A stretch of DNA of 63,977 nt, counting the filler, from Octopus bimaculoides (taxonomy: Eukaryota): the NCBI RefSeq assembly GCF_001194135.2. It is 5 parts of 5 records of this genome, joined end to end, with 100 filler letters (N's around TTAATTAATTAA, not from the genome) between each part and the next. Parts side by side here need not be neighbours in the genome. Positions count along the whole stretch, not along the records: positions 54,526 to 62,824 come from NC_068997.1; positions 62,925 to 63,977 come from NW_026331887.1; 3 more parts are not named here. The stretch is one strand, 5' to 3'. Under the pieces are notes generated by a model. The model saw nothing but the letters and a program-made list of their open reading frames with translations, was not told the DNA's origin and searched no databases. Shown in pieces: positions 61,473-63,977 of the stretch; position 1 is the first letter of the stretch; each line of letters begins with the position of its first letter. Both the position numbers and the translations under genes were made by a program.

Positions 61473-62119
61473 NNNNNNNNNNNNNNNNNNNNNNNNNNNN
61501 NNNNNNNNNNNNNNNNNNNNNNNNNNNNNNNNNNNNNNNNNNNNNNNNNNNNNNNNNNNNNNNNNNNNNNNNNNNNNNNNNNNNNNNNNNNNNNNNNNNN
61601 NNNNNNNNNNNNNNNNNNNNNNNNNNNNNNNNNNNNNNNNNNNNNNNNNNNNNNNNNNNNNNNNNNNNNNNNNNNNNNNNNNNNNNNNNNNNNNNNNNNN
61701 NNNNNNNNNNNNNNNNNNNNNNNNNNNNNNNNNNNNNNNNNNNNNNNNNNNNNNNNNNNNNNNNNNNNNNNNNNNNNNNNNNNNNNNNNNNNNNNNNNNN
61801 NNNNNNNNNNNNNNNNNNNNNNNNNNNNNNNNNNNNNNNNNNNNNNNNNNNNNNNNNNNNNNNNNNNNNNNNNNNNNNNNNNNNNNNNNNNNNNNNNNNN
61901 NNNNNNNNNNNNNNNNNNNNNNNNNNNNNNNNNNNNNNNNNNNNNNNNNNNNNNNNNNNNNNNNNNNNNNNNNNNNNNNNNNNNNNNNNNNNNNNNNNNN
62001 NNNNNNNNNNNNNNNNNNNNNNNNNNNNNNNNNNNNNNNNNNNNNNNNNNNNNNNNNNNNNNNNNNNNNNNNNNNNNNNNNNNNNNNNNNNNNNNNNNNN
62101 NNNNNNNNNNNNNNNNNNT

Positions 62120-62290
62120 ATATATATACAACGGGCTTCTTTCAGTTTCCGTCTATGAAATCCACTCACAAGGCTTTGGTCGGCCCGAAGCTATAGTAGA
62201 ACACACTTGCCCAAGGTGCCACGCAGTGGGACTGAACCCAGAACCATGTGGTTGGGAAGCAAGCTACTTACCACATAGCGACTCCTACGC
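62120..62290 (-). mobile_element. SINE family A, 5' half
   Basis: Near identical to 56-223. Confidence 0.82.
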
Positions 62291-62654
62291 CTAATATATA
62301 TATAAGTTTATCATACAATCATATGTGATTTTGTACCTATGTAACTATAAACATATTTTTCAATAATTTGATGTCAACTTTGATAAATGACAATTTCGAT
62401 AAATGACAAATTAATGTATGTACAATATTTATCAATAGAATATGATATGATCAATGTCGAGAATTTTAGTAGCAATATCAAAAATAGGAAAGAATAATTA
62501 CAACTCCTGAAGGTGTTGTACCGCTTTTGAATACTTAACATTGTGAAAGTAACTTCCGGTGTTTGTACATTTTTATGAACATCTGACAACTGAGACTGAA
62601 CAGAATTTTAAACTGCAGCTCAATCAAAAACCGGCCCCCAAACCCCTAGTAAAT

Positions 62655-62824
62655 TACTACTACTACTACTACTACTACTACTCCTACTACTACTACGGCC
62701 ACTGCAGCTGCTGCTACAGCTACTACTACCACCATCACCACTACTACCACCACCACCACTACCACCACCACCACTACTACTACTACTCATGCTGCTAATA
62801 CTACTATGCTACCACTACTACTAC
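62655..62824. repeat. (TAC)n/(CAC)n compound microsatellite
   Basis: Direct reading. Confidence 0.85.
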
Positions 62825-62924
62825 NNNNNNNNNNNNNNNNNNNNNNNNNNNNNNNNNNNNNNNNNNNNTTAATTAATTAANNNNNNNNNNNNNNNNNNNN
62901 NNNNNNNNNNNNNNNNNNNNNNNN
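62825..62924. other. Artificial scaffold spacer N44-TTAATTAATTAA-N44
   Basis: Same construct. Confidence 0.9.
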
Positions 62925-63204
62925 CCATCTTCACAATACGATCTTTTACAGACTGTCAGTCTACGAATAATAAATAAAGTACTCGTTTCGTATCACATCG
63001 CCATCATCCTAATAGCTTTGGTTTATCTGTACAGAATCTGCCAAGTTAAACGTGATTTTGAATAAGAAATTTTCCCTTCGATTAAAGTGGATTTATCCAG
63101 AATGTATCATACCATCACGTAAATAAAACTTTGCACTCCGTGTCCCTATGTCCTTGGCTTATAAATGATTCAGTTGGATAAAGAGTTAATCGTGTAATCT
63201 AAGA

Positions 63205-63257
<53 letters not shown>

Positions 63258-63416
63258 TAACAATGATAATATAACAACAACTGGCCATGTTAAATACTTC
63301 CAAGTTGAAAGAGCGGTTTACTTATATTAGTTCTTGTTTCAATTGATGTGAAGTGAGTTCGTATTTCCTTGATGAGTCACTACTATTCTATACAGTAAGC
63401 CCACGTCATATCACGC

Positions 63417-63654
63417 TTCACCTATCGCGGTTCACTTATCGCGGTTCACATATCGCGGTTCACATATCGCGGTTCACCTATCGCTGTTAACCTATCGCGG
63501 TTCACCTATCGTGGTTCACCTGTCGTGGTCCACCCATCGCGGTCCATCTATCGCGGTCCACCCATCGCGCTTCACCTATCGTAGTTCACCTGTTGCGGAT
63601 CACCTATCGCGGCTCACCTATCGCAGTTCACATATCGCGGTTCACTTATCGCTG
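63417..63654 (+). repeat. 14-bp minisatellite (TTCACCTATCGCGG)x~17
   Basis: Direct tandem array with point variants. Confidence 0.9.
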
Positions 63655-63977
63655 AAATGGCTGAAATTAGGATGTCAGATCCTCGTAGAACTTCATTAGA
63701 ACTTCACACACACACAACATATATGCAGCGTGCTTCCACACAGTTTCCGTCTGCCAAATACACTCACAGGATATTACAGGGATTACGGTGGAGATATTTG
63801 CCAAAGTGGAACTGAATCTGAAAGCACGCCGGTGTAAAGCGAGCGCCTTAACCACATAGCCACGCCTGCGACTATAACTCAATTTGCTTTTGAAAATGAT
63901 CGCTGAATCGCATCTAACGTAAATGTTTGTATGTTTCATGTTTTCCAATTATAGAAAAATATATTCGCTTAAATAAA

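Overview
Repeat-rich, AT-rich animal genomic DNA with many N gaps. Its SINE families and microsatellite load suggest an octopus or other coleoid cephalopod (inference from recalled repeat families). The only host gene I can support is a partial, multi-exon AGO-clade Argonaute (AGO2/AGO1-like) on the + strand, 7836-25076. It has 16 visible GT-AG exons covering the N-domain end, L1, PAZ, L2, MID and PIWI. The 5' exons, the ~91-nt exon with the first catalytic Asp and the last exon are not visible. The gene lies between two artificial scaffold spacers, and that internal exon probably falls in an N gap. The rest is mobile DNA: a full-length decayed mariner, a Helitron helicase fragment plus an 89-bp mini-Helitron, hAT- and piggyBac-type MITEs, a pogo/Tc2-like relic, several tRNA-derived SINE families, RTE-like LINE fragments, a nest of R4/Dong-like retrotransposons in (TAA)n tracts (one with a twin-priming-type 5' inversion), and a Penelope-like element. 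The most unusual signal is the Penelope terminal repeat, which joins a tRNA-like Pol III head to a minimal hammerhead-ribozyme motif. The same module occurs alone, as an inverted pair, in an Argonaute intron. Comparisons to human and fly proteins and to TE families are from memory, not from searches.
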